In this document: positions 30,901 to 38,626 of the stretch, piece by piece | How the letters are laid out: every line of letters begins with the position of its first letter | Position numbering within the stretch: the stretch's first letter is position 1 | Assembly: GCA_041690595.1 (NCBI GenBank) | Contig: JAWLHB010000059.1 | Location: forward strand, 1 to 41,053 | Direction of reading: 5' to 3' | DNA from: Lentisphaeria bacterium | GTDB taxonomy: Bacteria > Verrucomicrobiota > Lentisphaeria > JABSQK01 > JAWLHB01 | DNA length: 41,053 bases | Translations under genes and position numbers: made by a program | The notes under the pieces: generated by a model | What the model saw: only the letters and a program-made list of their open reading frames with translations | Databases searched by the model: none | Told to the model about the DNA's origin: nothing

Positions 30901-31371
30901 GATCGCCCGCCGCCCGCGCACTCTAACGTGCTCGACAGTGTCGGAGAGTCCGGCTGCGGGTGCGTTTCCAATGTAAAGCACTTCGGGGGGGTGATCGAGA
31001 TGAGCTACCGCCTTCTCGGCGACGGCATCGAGGAGATTACCGATCGCATTCAGCGTGAAGGCCGTGACGAATATCCGGCACGGGGATCCTGCGCGCCGTC
31101 GCGCCTCGGCGTAGCCTAGCGCCATCCACGACAGAGCATATGTCTTTCCGGTGCCGGGCGGACCAAGGACGAGCCCGGCCCGGTGCGATGCTAACCCATC
31201 CCATGCCGCGACCTGTGAGGGACGAAGCGGTGGGTCTCCGCTAGCCGCGAGAGCGGGTGTCGCCACCTCAGTCATTCCACGCATCCAGCACTCGGCGTCG
31301 CCTTCATCGAGGGTCGCCGCGAAAGCCCTCGGATCACGAAGAAACTCGAGGATGTCTGCGCGCACCGACAT
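24952..31371 (-). CDS. Dual-helicase fusion: N-terminal DNA2/NAM7-type SF1 helicase + C-terminal DpdJ-like DEAD/DEAH SF2 helicase with terminal Cys cluster
   Basis: SF1 motifs: GPPGTGKT, IDEASQ, GDDKQLPP, SPHRAQ, TVDRIQGKE, RFNVSITRAR. SF2 motifs: ADTGSGKTEA, CPAC, DEIH, SAT, TSSLEVGYD, QRKGRGGR. C-terminal CVDGCQGC. Start at ATG 31371 (alternative TTG 31383). Confidence 0.85.
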   Translation of the reverse strand: MSVRADILEFLRDPRAFAATLDEGDAECWMRGMTEVATPALAASGDPPLRPSQVAAWDGLASHRAGLVLGPPGTGKTYALSWMALGYAEARRRAGSPCRIFVTAFTLNAIGNLLDAVAEKAVAHLDHPPEVLYIGNAPAAGLSDTVEHVRVRGRRAIRRAAERLDRPGLVVGCTVWTLGRMLSEGLGQDNDGRTAPIFDLVCIDEASQLVVSQGLMALAALRPHGRVLVAGDDKQLPPVRAIHEQEVDGRRIGGSLYDFLKQGNVAEFALDETFRLNAPLTSFPETKFYPGRYRSADDVAERRLALRDGWEAGLEDWERVVLDPDVPVCVLLHEAAPAGTVNPFEVNITARLVERFRAAMAPSPGVTPEGFWQDRLAVVSPHRAQNAAIRSALALDPGGVAPVVETVDRIQGKERDAVIVSYTVSDPEFALAEAEFLFSTERFNVSITRARTKLVLIISRRLMEVVPPDEGILDAAQIVREFVYNAVEIGSIMLRDPQHGSALVSIRVRGFPGALPPELPERTESTPEEDESLPVMVPELEELLDKVRELALQNPYGTAATFDLERELLREIPVSDLRDLLRLGHVRLYRRRGRHGDFWAVRPVDPPQIPFPVRADTVRVRLEEAIATVRTTQLPPFYDQVKGQFVWVGVGGEDVLHPLVELLVREGVVRLEVKDGSETIDWIDEAPALVSEVEATPVVDASFEVLNELEDMEARRINFGVFESWSSPPELAQALGRGRREVMDAINELATAGYVLLDADGRVRSRMAELAREVRYVKQRFRTDDASRRPYLVRALKVELKSRDKPVRDSRLSSVVGEVSHATAGDPVGASALEGVAAMLRDVWQDDDPVLAGFQRRALQQLFTSWRGVSTEDTFVVTADTGSGKTEAALLPLIAGATCDALEGREGTRAVLVYPRIRLGANQAQRLVGYLAALAVRDGMPTLRIGLQNGQVPQVFDRVHSSIADLWSPVTRGGLSFPFFGCPACDGDLTLLPGDGEGGADRLTCSCGWSYAGWVGTKAGMRERPPDFFLPVTESLHQWQQDSQYGALFGDRPGFEPPRAVVADEIHLYTHIHGSQVGYALRRLLARATLNANDAPPVLAIGMSATLGRPAKVWGALTGRPHVVDIRPEPEEREINPRGREYFYFVQPEVESRGKDIAGAATTIQALMCLAHGMRRRSGASGGYRGIVFLDSIDKLKRLHGDYQDAEEGKRLASYRTRLYDDDPASGIPRRECCRDPATCDTFRDGECWYFAATDTAQTTASGNYFPGRHVIVADRPVFSGTGGRVEEMIRRSDVVFATSSLEVGYDDPDMTLVYQHYAPGNLASFIQRKGRGGRGADDRPVTGVTLSPYSPRDSWYFRRPARMLDASGFEVPVNLENYFVVRGQVLAVLLDYIARHRARDLGSGVITGSDGLLLEPALLADADRAVRAVCGDRIYKTLQVVDLSHFWASAVGSAVAPIPLKAEPRAWRQILPWVPDVLFEEVNLPSIVVAFEGSEDEREEPIDIAFDAATPGNITRRYGVHHLHWTVPIDGRAPWTDVETVALPESFHGGGIDALLNELPSEIREEIGPNPYPGVYLPHRVPLRTAGRMRGADWLADWVFDPNTRHLSRIEPGDSHARGLLVHHKSQAQLRGASWVLSDDARGRTLSLAGFDWLFPRALSFRGNDAAGGRTGLTIGRVNWGADAELRLMDPDMEDVPMTQVFVHPNGGQTLLHGYQVETEGIRLHLDSERVGKFVRDEAARLAESSDGRWHRGQFLRYLIGSRSRSAGLNGYEAERAAELLFSAAGPPELRDKLRRLLRRWDSTRLLDLLRQTYEELLSHHPLLTPSRVERLGRSLGDHRFRTLFSSALEQLRSREAVEAYLRSVLLHSLAVRVKQWFVLHGRGEERRVLCHAKLPVQFGAEAEDTITVAETGAHGDGTTRTFIENIDSVLEEWRDGALVECPNAREDALIDAIHARKDCHRVWRSMDVRDSEQLEALFGELGVDARTNDTFVQGIVTLLFGHESAGHERFARFDLFAETRAVGARLVERLERQPSTWELTSAVVSAARSCSEDTPEFTRLLAAYETLEGASQEESLSGAARVADQAYRLSGRLCVDGCQGCLHVGSDVVSGLVSEALLSRALLERFLRFEPGIAVGG

Positions 31372-31376
31372 CCGCT

Positions 31377-33665
31377 CTAGCAACCGCTACTGAGGTAGGC
31401 CAAGAAATCTGCTGCGCGCTGGGTGGTGAAATCCTTGAACGTGCGGTCGAGGTACCATTCACGGTCGTCGCATTCACGCAGAAGTCGGTCGAACTCTGGT
31501 GCCTCGTAGACGCTGGGGTAGATGTTCACTAACAGCGTACTAGGACCGTACTCAATCCGCTCTTCCGCAATCTGAACTTCGAAGCTCGGCCAGAACTGAG
31601 GATTGAGGCGAATATCGGGGTCATCGTTGGTGAGGATGAGATCCAGGTTTGTCGAATTGAGCTCACTCTCGCGACTTTCCGGCGGTACGTCGAAATGCAT
31701 CCAGTACCCGCGTGCGTTTTGCCCAGAGCGCCTAAGTGTCATTTGCGGAATGCACCGTGCGCGGTCACGGCGCTGGCGCCATGGCCGCGCGAGCTCGACT
31801 AGAGCCTCCAGCAGACCAGCGCGATTCTCGAGCAGCTCGAAGGCGCGGAGCATGTCCAGGTCGATGACGTCGAGTGGATCAAACGTCTCTTGGAACTGGA
31901 ACGGGCGCTTTCGAAGGCGCAGAAAGGCTCGATCCTTCGGGCGCGCTTCGGCCGCGGCATTCTCGTGGAGTAGCCATCGCGTGAGATCCCGGATCGCTTC
32001 AAGGCGTTTCCTTACATCTGCGGCGACGGCCTCGGCTGAGACATCGCCTGCGCGCAACTTCCGACAGATATCGATTCCAAGTCGCGACGAAAAGGGGCGC
32101 TCGAAGTCTCCGACAGGTTGATACGGTCGACCGTAGCCTGGCACTGTCCGGGCAAGACACTGCGTCACATTGCGCAGGTCGTACGCCACCATCACCGGTA
32201 GGGCGAACAACTGCTCAATAACACTACGCAGAGCGGTCGCCGGGAGGTGATGAACGCCCCGGAATTCGGGCTCGGGTACGATGTCTTCGGGAGGGAAAAT
32301 CCGTACTAGGTTAAGCAAGCCACTGCGCACGACCGGATCTGCGAGATGGCGCCCAACTACCTCTTGGAGGGACACCGCCTCCGATGGCTCAAAAAGAAAG
32401 ATGTGCGCGTGCAGTTGTCCAGGATCGTCGGCATCGAGTTTCTTGTTCGTGCGTTCGATCGCCTCGAGGTCACGGAGCAGGCTGCCCATGATCTCCACTA
32501 GCGCCGCACATTCGCGCGCGGGTGTGGCGTCCGAAAGCGTCGTCACGGCACTGTGCTCGCCATGTGCACCGTCGCGGAGGTAGCCTATCGCTGCCAAGGT
32601 ATTCTCAACTGGATCGACGTCGACTACTAGGTAGAAGCCAACGTCAACCCGCGGTGGCATGAGATAGGAGGATACGTCGGGAATGCGTTGCGGCGCGTCC
32701 TCTACTAGCGCTTGTGCACGCGCCACGAGAGCATCAGCCCGGCGGCTGAGGTTCCAGCTCGATGCGCCCGCAGCACGCAGTCCGCGGGCCGTCGCGAGTT
32801 GCCCCACCTTTCGTACGCCGAGGCGTTGCGCTGCACGCTTGGACTCGTGCGACATTCCTGGCACCGCAGAGACGTCGCGTTGCTCAACGGGGACGTCTAG
32901 CGCGATGTTCTTGCTGCAATGCTGCAAGTAGTCGCACTGCTCGCACTTGAAATAGAGGTGAAAGAACGTGTCGTCGCACTCAGGACTAACTGTTCGCCCA
33001 GCGACCCGAGGAACATGGTACTTGAAGAAATCGAGCACGAGTCTCGTGTAGGGCGCCAGGTTAAACGACTCGACTCGGTAGTCGCCGTCTTGGCCACTCG
33101 AACCGGCCTGAAGGCACCAAATCTCGGCCTTTGGTGCTACCCGCGCCTCGACCCGCCACCGCAACAAAAGAGATTCGAGCATGAGGCCATAGAACGCAAC
33201 CTGAGCCTTGTGAAACGGAGTAGAACGCTGCGTCGCCTTGATATCGATCGGGACTAGTAGACGACTACTGCCATCACGCTCTTCGCGGACAAGATCTGCA
33301 TAGCAGCGCCGAATCGAGACATCGTCAGGAAGTTGCAGTCGGACCCGCAACTGATCGCAAGGGTTGAGAATGAGCTGGTGCGCTAGTGTTTCCTGCCGTT
33401 TCCCCACAATAAAGGCCATGGATTGCGCCTCTGAGAGAAACTCCTCTGAGGGTGTAGGCATGAGCAAACGCTCGGTGCGAGCGAGCTTCGCCACAACTTG
33501 ACGTTCGAATTCCGTACCGAGTTGCGCCCAGGGCGCTGCGCGAACCTCTTTCACAATCGATGCCGCTTCGCGTTCTTTCCCCGACATCATTTCGTAGCGA
33601 GTCTTTCGCTCGCAGCGGTATTGGAACCACGACTTCACCGTAGAGGCGCTCAGCGCGAGGCTCAT
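31377..33665 (-). CDS. RecB/Cas4/Dna2-like PD-(D/E)XK nuclease (TM0106-like architecture)
   Basis: N-terminal Cys (YRCERK), ADLV...IDIK..QVAFY nuclease motifs and CEQCDYLQHC, giving four likely Fe-S ligands. Followed by an HhH-like VPGMS..LGVRKVGQLA and further domains. Confidence 0.78.
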   Translation of the reverse strand: MSLALSASTVKSWFQYRCERKTRYEMMSGKEREAASIVKEVRAAPWAQLGTEFERQVVAKLARTERLLMPTPSEEFLSEAQSMAFIVGKRQETLAHQLILNPCDQLRVRLQLPDDVSIRRCYADLVREERDGSSRLLVPIDIKATQRSTPFHKAQVAFYGLMLESLLLRWRVEARVAPKAEIWCLQAGSSGQDGDYRVESFNLAPYTRLVLDFFKYHVPRVAGRTVSPECDDTFFHLYFKCEQCDYLQHCSKNIALDVPVEQRDVSAVPGMSHESKRAAQRLGVRKVGQLATARGLRAAGASSWNLSRRADALVARAQALVEDAPQRIPDVSSYLMPPRVDVGFYLVVDVDPVENTLAAIGYLRDGAHGEHSAVTTLSDATPARECAALVEIMGSLLRDLEAIERTNKKLDADDPGQLHAHIFLFEPSEAVSLQEVVGRHLADPVVRSGLLNLVRIFPPEDIVPEPEFRGVHHLPATALRSVIEQLFALPVMVAYDLRNVTQCLARTVPGYGRPYQPVGDFERPFSSRLGIDICRKLRAGDVSAEAVAADVRKRLEAIRDLTRWLLHENAAAEARPKDRAFLRLRKRPFQFQETFDPLDVIDLDMLRAFELLENRAGLLEALVELARPWRQRRDRARCIPQMTLRRSGQNARGYWMHFDVPPESRESELNSTNLDLILTNDDPDIRLNPQFWPSFEVQIAEERIEYGPSTLLVNIYPSVYEAPEFDRLLRECDDREWYLDRTFKDFTTQRAADFLAYLSSGC

Positions 33666-34096
33666 AGCTGGCCAACCGCTTTGATCACGAATACTCGCGC
33701 TTCTCCTGCGACCATCGAATTCCTCCGATATGCCAAATCCTCGGTCATTGCCTCGCTATCGGCGGCGGCGCGCGATAGTCCGTTGTTTTACGGGAGCAAG
33801 ACTATAGCTCCCTGGGTGCAGGGTGGCCAAGCTGTAGACGGCATGCCTGACATTCTTCATTCAATACGATGCGGAAGACTACCTGCCCGGATATTGATTT
33901 TTCAGCGACTAAGAGACCAGCGCAGGAAGGGGGGGCAGTCCTTCCAACCGGGTGACCGCAGGCCTCCGTCCTGCCAGTCGTCTTGTACAAGCAATCAGGA
34001 TATCCAGTGTGAACCTCGGGTGGCTTCCCCTTGGACGCAACCGTTTCGAAATGTCGTCAACCCCCCAATCTGCGGGGACACCGCAGTCACGCCGAG

Positions 34097-34746
34097 CTAA
34101 CTTCTGTAGACTACGAGGCCCCTGGCGCCGGCCGAGAAGTATCTCTGCATCTCGTTGAGGCCGCCGAAATCAACGTCCTCGCTAGCAATGGGAGCGTCTC
34201 GCTCTATCACTTCGGGCCGAAATTCGCGCTCGGCGAACGTGCTCATCGGTTCAAGCGCTGCATCGACTGGGTCTGAGTAGATCGTGACCATGCTCCGGCG
34301 GACGCGCGCATGGTGCCGACGGCTCGCCCGAGGCGCGCCGTCGGCCTTCCTCGGCGCGCCGATGGTTCCCAGCTTTGAGACGTCAAGTAGCAGCGTGTTC
34401 GCCAGCAGATCCGGTGAGCGGTAAAGCTCGCCCGCGATTCCGACCAGCGGAAACGCGTAGTAGACAGAGCAACGGCACGTCCCGGTGTGCCGTGTCAGGG
34501 CCACAAGCTGCTTATGGTCGAACTGGAACTTGCGGTCACCATTCCGTAGGAGATGCCTCGAAGCCTTGAACTGAAACAGCATTAGCCGGCCGTTCAGGCT
34601 CGCACACGCATCGAAGCCCTGCTGCGCTCCTGCTTTTGCGTCAGCCCGAACCATAACAGGTTGAACTTCGGATACACATGCCGATGGAGCTGCGAGCAGA
34701 TGTTCAGCTCCAGCGTCTTCTCGGACAGCCTTGCGCCAGCGCTCAT
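34097..34746 (-). pseudogene. Restriction-endonuclease-like PD-(D/E)XK protein with one frameshift
   Basis: ATG 34746 gives MSAGARLSEKTLELNICSQL..LWFGLTQKQE. A single-base shift at ~34628 continues into QQGFDACASLNGRLMLFQFKAS...VYYAFP, an E...GFD...QFK catalytic pattern. Confidence 0.62.
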
Positions 34747-35047
34747 GACTCTCATGACCGTCTTCTACCATGCCGGCGGCCAGCCAAGCTACTCTTCGAA
34801 ACCACTTGCGCATCCGTAGCTTCCGCCCCGACATCTTCTTGGTGGTAACGCATTCAATCTCCTCCGAGAGATCAGAACCTGAACCGAATATCGGAAGAGC
34901 AAATAGCCGCCAGGTGACCGCGGCATCCAAACCCGATCCACTGCCAAAAGGTATCGTCTTCGCGCAGCGATTCACTCACCACCCGAATCACGAATTGATA
35001 CCCTCCCCCCTCAGAATTCCACTACGACCTTCTAACGGACCCGACCC

Positions 35048-36113
35048 TTGAAACTCCTCCACACCTCCGACTGGCAACTCGGCCTGCGCCTGAACTTCGT
35101 CGGCGGTGACGCCGCGGTACGCCTGCGCGCCCAGCGCTTCGACACCGTCCGGCGCATGGGGCGCCTGGCCCGGGGCGCCAGGTGGACGCCGTCCTCGTTC
35201 GCCGGCGACGCGTTCGATGACAACGGCGTCGAGGCGGACACGGTCCAGAAGGCCCGGGACGCCCTCGCCGAGTTCGGTGATATTCCGGTGATATTACTTC
35301 CGGGCAACCACGACCCTGCCACGGCGGATTCGGCCCTGCGCCGCCTCCTCCCGGGCCCAGAGAACGTCTACCTGGCGCTGACCCGGGAGGTGATCACCGT
35401 CGGCGGCGCCACCCGGCCGCTCGAGATCTACCCCTGCCCGCTCATGACCCGCCACCACTACGACGATCCGACCGCCTGGCTGCCGGGGCGCGGCGCCAGC
35501 ACCGCCATTCGCGTGGCGGTGGCCCATGGCGGGGCCCTGTCGTTCGGGGAGACCACCGAGACCCCCAACCGCATCGACCTGGCCGCGATTCTCGGCCGCG
35601 GCTTCGACTACGTGGCACTCGGCGACTGGCACGGCGTCTACCAGGTGGCGCCCCGGGCCTGGTACGCGGGAGCCCCATGCTGATCGTCGACATCGACGCC
35701 CCGGGCGCCGAGCCGCGCGTGGAGCAGGTTCCCGTGGCCCGCACCCGCTGGCTCACACAGGTCCTGGACCTCGCCAGCGACGACAGCCTGGATGCCCTGG
35801 CCGCCCGGCTCGAGGCGCTGGAGGAGAAGTCCTGGACGCTGCTCGAACTCACGCTCCACGGCCAGCTCTCGCTGGCAGGCCACGCCCGGCTGGAGGCCCT
35901 GCTCGATGAGTATCGGGGGCGGCTGGCCCACCTGCGCGTGGATGCGAGCGGAGTGACGGCCGCGCCCACCGCCGCGGACCTCGACACCCTGCGCGGCGAA
36001 GGCTTCCTCGGCGCGCCATCGAGCGCCTGCACGAAGGCGAGGATCCGGCGGATGCCGACACGCTGCACTTGCTGTACCGGCTGCTGCAGGAGCCGTCGGC
36101 GGCACCTGGCTGA
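35048..36113 (+). pseudogene. SbcD/Mre11-like metallophosphoesterase, frameshifted
   Basis: LHTSDWQLG, AGDAFD, LPGNHD, VAHG and YVALGDWHG motifs. The C-terminal half is split into ORF 35677.. and carries further shifts. Confidence 0.8.
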
Positions 36114-36148
36114 ACGTCGGTCGGCCAGGCTTCAGGGAGGTCGGCGTG

Positions 36149-36420
36149 ATGTGGAGTCGTCGTGTCGCGGTGCAACACTGGCGCGGCCTCAACCGCGAGC
36201 CCGCCGACCTGTCGCCGCACCTGAACCTGGTGTTCGGCCCCAACGAGGCGGGCAAGAGGCGGCTGGTGGAGGGGATGCGCTTTGCGCTGTTCGAAAGCTC
36301 GAGCGGCAAGAGCCAGCACAACAAGGCGCTGACCACCTGGGGCAGGACAGAGAAGACGAGCGTGACGCTCGACTCCGAGCTGAGCGGAGGCGCGCCGGCA
36401 GCTCCAGAAGATTTTTCTAG
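36149..36420 (+). pseudogene. SbcC/Rad50 (YhaN-like) ATPase N-terminal fragment
   Basis: LSPHLNLVFGPNEAGKRR (degenerate Walker A) directly after the Mre11-like gene. Truncated after about 80 codons. Confidence 0.7.
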
Positions 36421-36618
36421 GAACGGACTAGAACACCAGGGTGCGCGGCGCGGGCGAGAGGCTGGAGGAGATGGGGATCGAGGGCGCGTTAGATATGGTG
36501 CCAATCGTGCAGTCAGCTCACGCGCATCCGTCGTTGTACAGCCTGCGGCCATACCGTAGCCTTGCCGATCGCCGTCGCGGCCGGCACCGTCTCTGATCTA
36601 TTCGCTGATGCTGGACTG

Positions 36619-37029
36619 TTAGCCCGAGCAAGCAAAGGGATCAGGAGCGTCGGAAGCTAAACGATCTGCGAGTGTGTAGCGGCACCGCGGAAACCCGGAG
36701 CAGCCCATGACGGGTTCGCCGGCGTCGCGGCCCCGCCTGGCCACTCGACGCACCAGTTCGCTTCCGCACCTCGGGCACCGCTCTACGGCCTCTTCCCCCT
36801 CCAGCGACTCGAGTCTGAGCATGCTCGCCAAGCCCTCGCCATCCACGAGTCGCATACCTGCAAGCGCGGCAATGGTGAGCGTGGGAATCAGAGCGCGCTG
36901 CAACGGGCTCGAAAGGTTCAGCGGCAGAATGTGCGCCATGAACCCATACAGACCCAGACCGAGCAGCAAGCTTACCCACCACGGAAGTCGGGCGGTCAGT
37001 TCGATTAGATCCTGCTTTCGCCGTGCCAT
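36619..37029 (-). pseudogene. Mrr-type restriction endonuclease remnant (TM N-terminus + topoisomerase Zn ribbon; catalytic domain deleted)
   Basis: Hydrophobic LPWWVSLLLG N-terminus, then only the tail of Mrr_cat (MRLVDGEGL), then CPRCGSELVRR..GCSGFPRCRYT. Confidence 0.65.
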
Positions 37030-37544
37030 GGCTCAGAGACCAGCCACGACGTGACAAGTCCGCGAAGTCGACAGTTCTTCCGCGTCGGCAGCCGGCAAGC
37101 TGCTCCATGATAGGTGATCCACTTGCCCAATCCCTTCCTCAGGACTTTCCGTTCAACCATTCTGGCCTCGAAGCCATAGTCGTCGGTGATCCGCACCACC
37201 ATCACCTTGCTGAAGTTGCCGGAACGCTTCACTCGGACCTTGTTGCTGCGGTTTCCGGGGCCAATCGTCTTGATCTCGATGAAGTCATTGCCCAACCGGC
37301 CATGGGAACCTGCTGCATGCAGTCGATGGCGCTTGATGCCGAACTTGACCTCGGCGTACAGCTCGCCGAGTTCACCGAAGATGCTTAGATGGCGCCCGGT
37401 CAGCTCTCGATACTTCGCCGCAACCTGGACGAGACTGTGAAAGGCCTCGGCCACTTCCGGATCGGCGCGGGGATAGTTGTCCCTCAGGCCATTCAAGTAG
37501 ATGTGGCGAACCGACTTCGCCTTGGTCGATCCTGTCGCCGTCAT
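37005..37544 (-). CDS. Small PD-(D/E)XK-like protein (DUF6998-like)
   Basis: GELGELYA...GS(H)G..IEIKTI..GNF motif. The expected catalytic Asp reads His, so it may be inactive. Confidence 0.5.
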   Translation of the reverse strand: MTATGSTKAKSVRHIYLNGLRDNYPRADPEVAEAFHSLVQVAAKYRELTGRHLSIFGELGELYAEVKFGIKRHRLHAAGSHGRLGNDFIEIKTIGPGNRSNKVRVKRSGNFSKVMVVRITDDYGFEARMVERKVLRKGLGKWITYHGAACRLPTRKNCRLRGLVTSWLVSEPWHGESRI

Positions 37545-37753
37545 TCCAGATCCTTTCCACTGATCCTCCGAGCGTGTACAGCGCTTCAGCGCCTCTCGCC
37601 GTGCGTCGTGCGCCGCAGGGCTACTCGACCATACACGGCGCAGGCGCGCGAAATGGTGACGACAATCACGCTCATCCGGTCACGGTGAAGTCTCGCCGAG
37701 GACACGCTAAAGGCTGCTCCTCCGGCCGTCCCACGCACCCTACGCTGTCGGCC

Positions 37754-37980
37754 GTGAAGACTACCCGATACTTTGCATACACCTGCCAAGGGGCGGATCG
37801 GCGCGTCATCCTGGACGAGTGGATAAAGAGCGCGGTCAACTCGCTCATTGCCGAGCAGATTCAGGCGGGTGGCCGGATTCGCCGCTGCATAAAAGCCATG
37901 GACAAGTACCTTAGGGTCGTCCTCCTGCCCGACGGGGAGACCGTCACAACGCCTTCTTCGATCGAGACTTCAAGCCATGA
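37754..37980 (+). pseudogene. Small RelE/DUF4258-like toxin, frameshifted
   Basis: GTG 37754 gives MKTTRYF...GRIRR..KYLRVVLLPDGETV. Restoring one base gives HNAFFDRDFKP*, whose stop overlaps the DUF2283 ATG. Confidence 0.6.
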
Positions 37981-38183
37981 AGGTCAGGTACTTCAGAGAC
38001 ACCGATACCGCGTTGCTCGAGTTTCTCGATGCGGCGGTGGACGCCACGCGCGAGATCAACGAAGACGTGTACGTCGACCTGGACGCAGACGGCAACGTGG
38101 TCTCGATTACCATCGAGCACGCACGGCGCAACTGCCAGCTACCGGACGTGCTCGTTCAGGAGTTCGATCAGCGCACGGCATGA
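37977..38183 (+). CDS. DUF2283-family protein (putative antitoxin)
   Basis: MKVRYFRDTDTALLEF...EINEDVYVDLDADGNVVSITIEHA. Confidence 0.8.
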   Translation: MKVRYFRDTDTALLEFLDAAVDATREINEDVYVDLDADGNVVSITIEHARRNCQLPDVLVQEFDQRTA

Positions 38184-38200
38184 GCCCGACAGGAGCTGAC

Positions 38201-38503
38201 ATGACGGAAGGCAAGTGGGTTCGATCATCTGAGAACATCTTCGAGGACCTTGGATTTGAGGGCGAAGAGGCTGCGGTACTCAAGATCAAGGCTGACCTGA
38301 TGATCGAGATCGAAAAGGCGATGAAAGCTCTAGCCTTGAACCAAGCTCGCGCAGCTCAGGTCATGGGAGTACCGCGTCCACGCCTCAACCGCATGCTGCA
38401 CGGACGGTTCGATGGAATCACCATCGACAAGATGGTCCAGATGCTGGAACGAACGGGAAAGCAAGTAACCGTGAAAGTTGGCCGTAAGAAGAAGGCGGCC
38501 TGA
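38201..38503 (+). CDS. XRE/HigA-like HTH antitoxin or regulator
   Basis: AGGAG RBS. SSENIFEDLGF..KADL...LNQARAAQVMGVPRPRLNRML.G motif. No cognate toxin directly upstream. Confidence 0.82.
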   Translation: MTEGKWVRSSENIFEDLGFEGEEAAVLKIKADLMIEIEKAMKALALNQARAAQVMGVPRPRLNRMLHGRFDGITIDKMVQMLERTGKQVTVKVGRKKKAA

Positions 38504-38626
38504 ATTGGCCCCGGACACGGCGCGCTGGTCACAGTCCCTTCGCCCGCTGATCTCTCCAAGAGCCTGGCTCGACAACTGCTCCGGTAGGTAACCAGTCGCC
38601 CCAATTGGGCTCGGCGTCGGCGCTAC

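Noticed and set aside
31377..33665. Cas4-like nuclease as evidence of a CRISPR-Cas locus
   Set aside because: No cas1/cas2, no effector genes and no repeat-spacer array seen. The tandem repeats at 6780 and 39391 have no spacers.
33666..34096. Short ORFs or an ncRNA in the gap upstream of the nuclease
   Set aside because: No protein motifs or convincing RNA structure recognised; probably promoter or degenerate sequence.
37574..38503. 309-aa ORF as a single protein
   Set aside because: It is a chimeric frame joining the frameshifted toxin to the HTH gene. The HTH gene has its own RBS and ATG at 38201, and DUF2283 lies between them in another frame.
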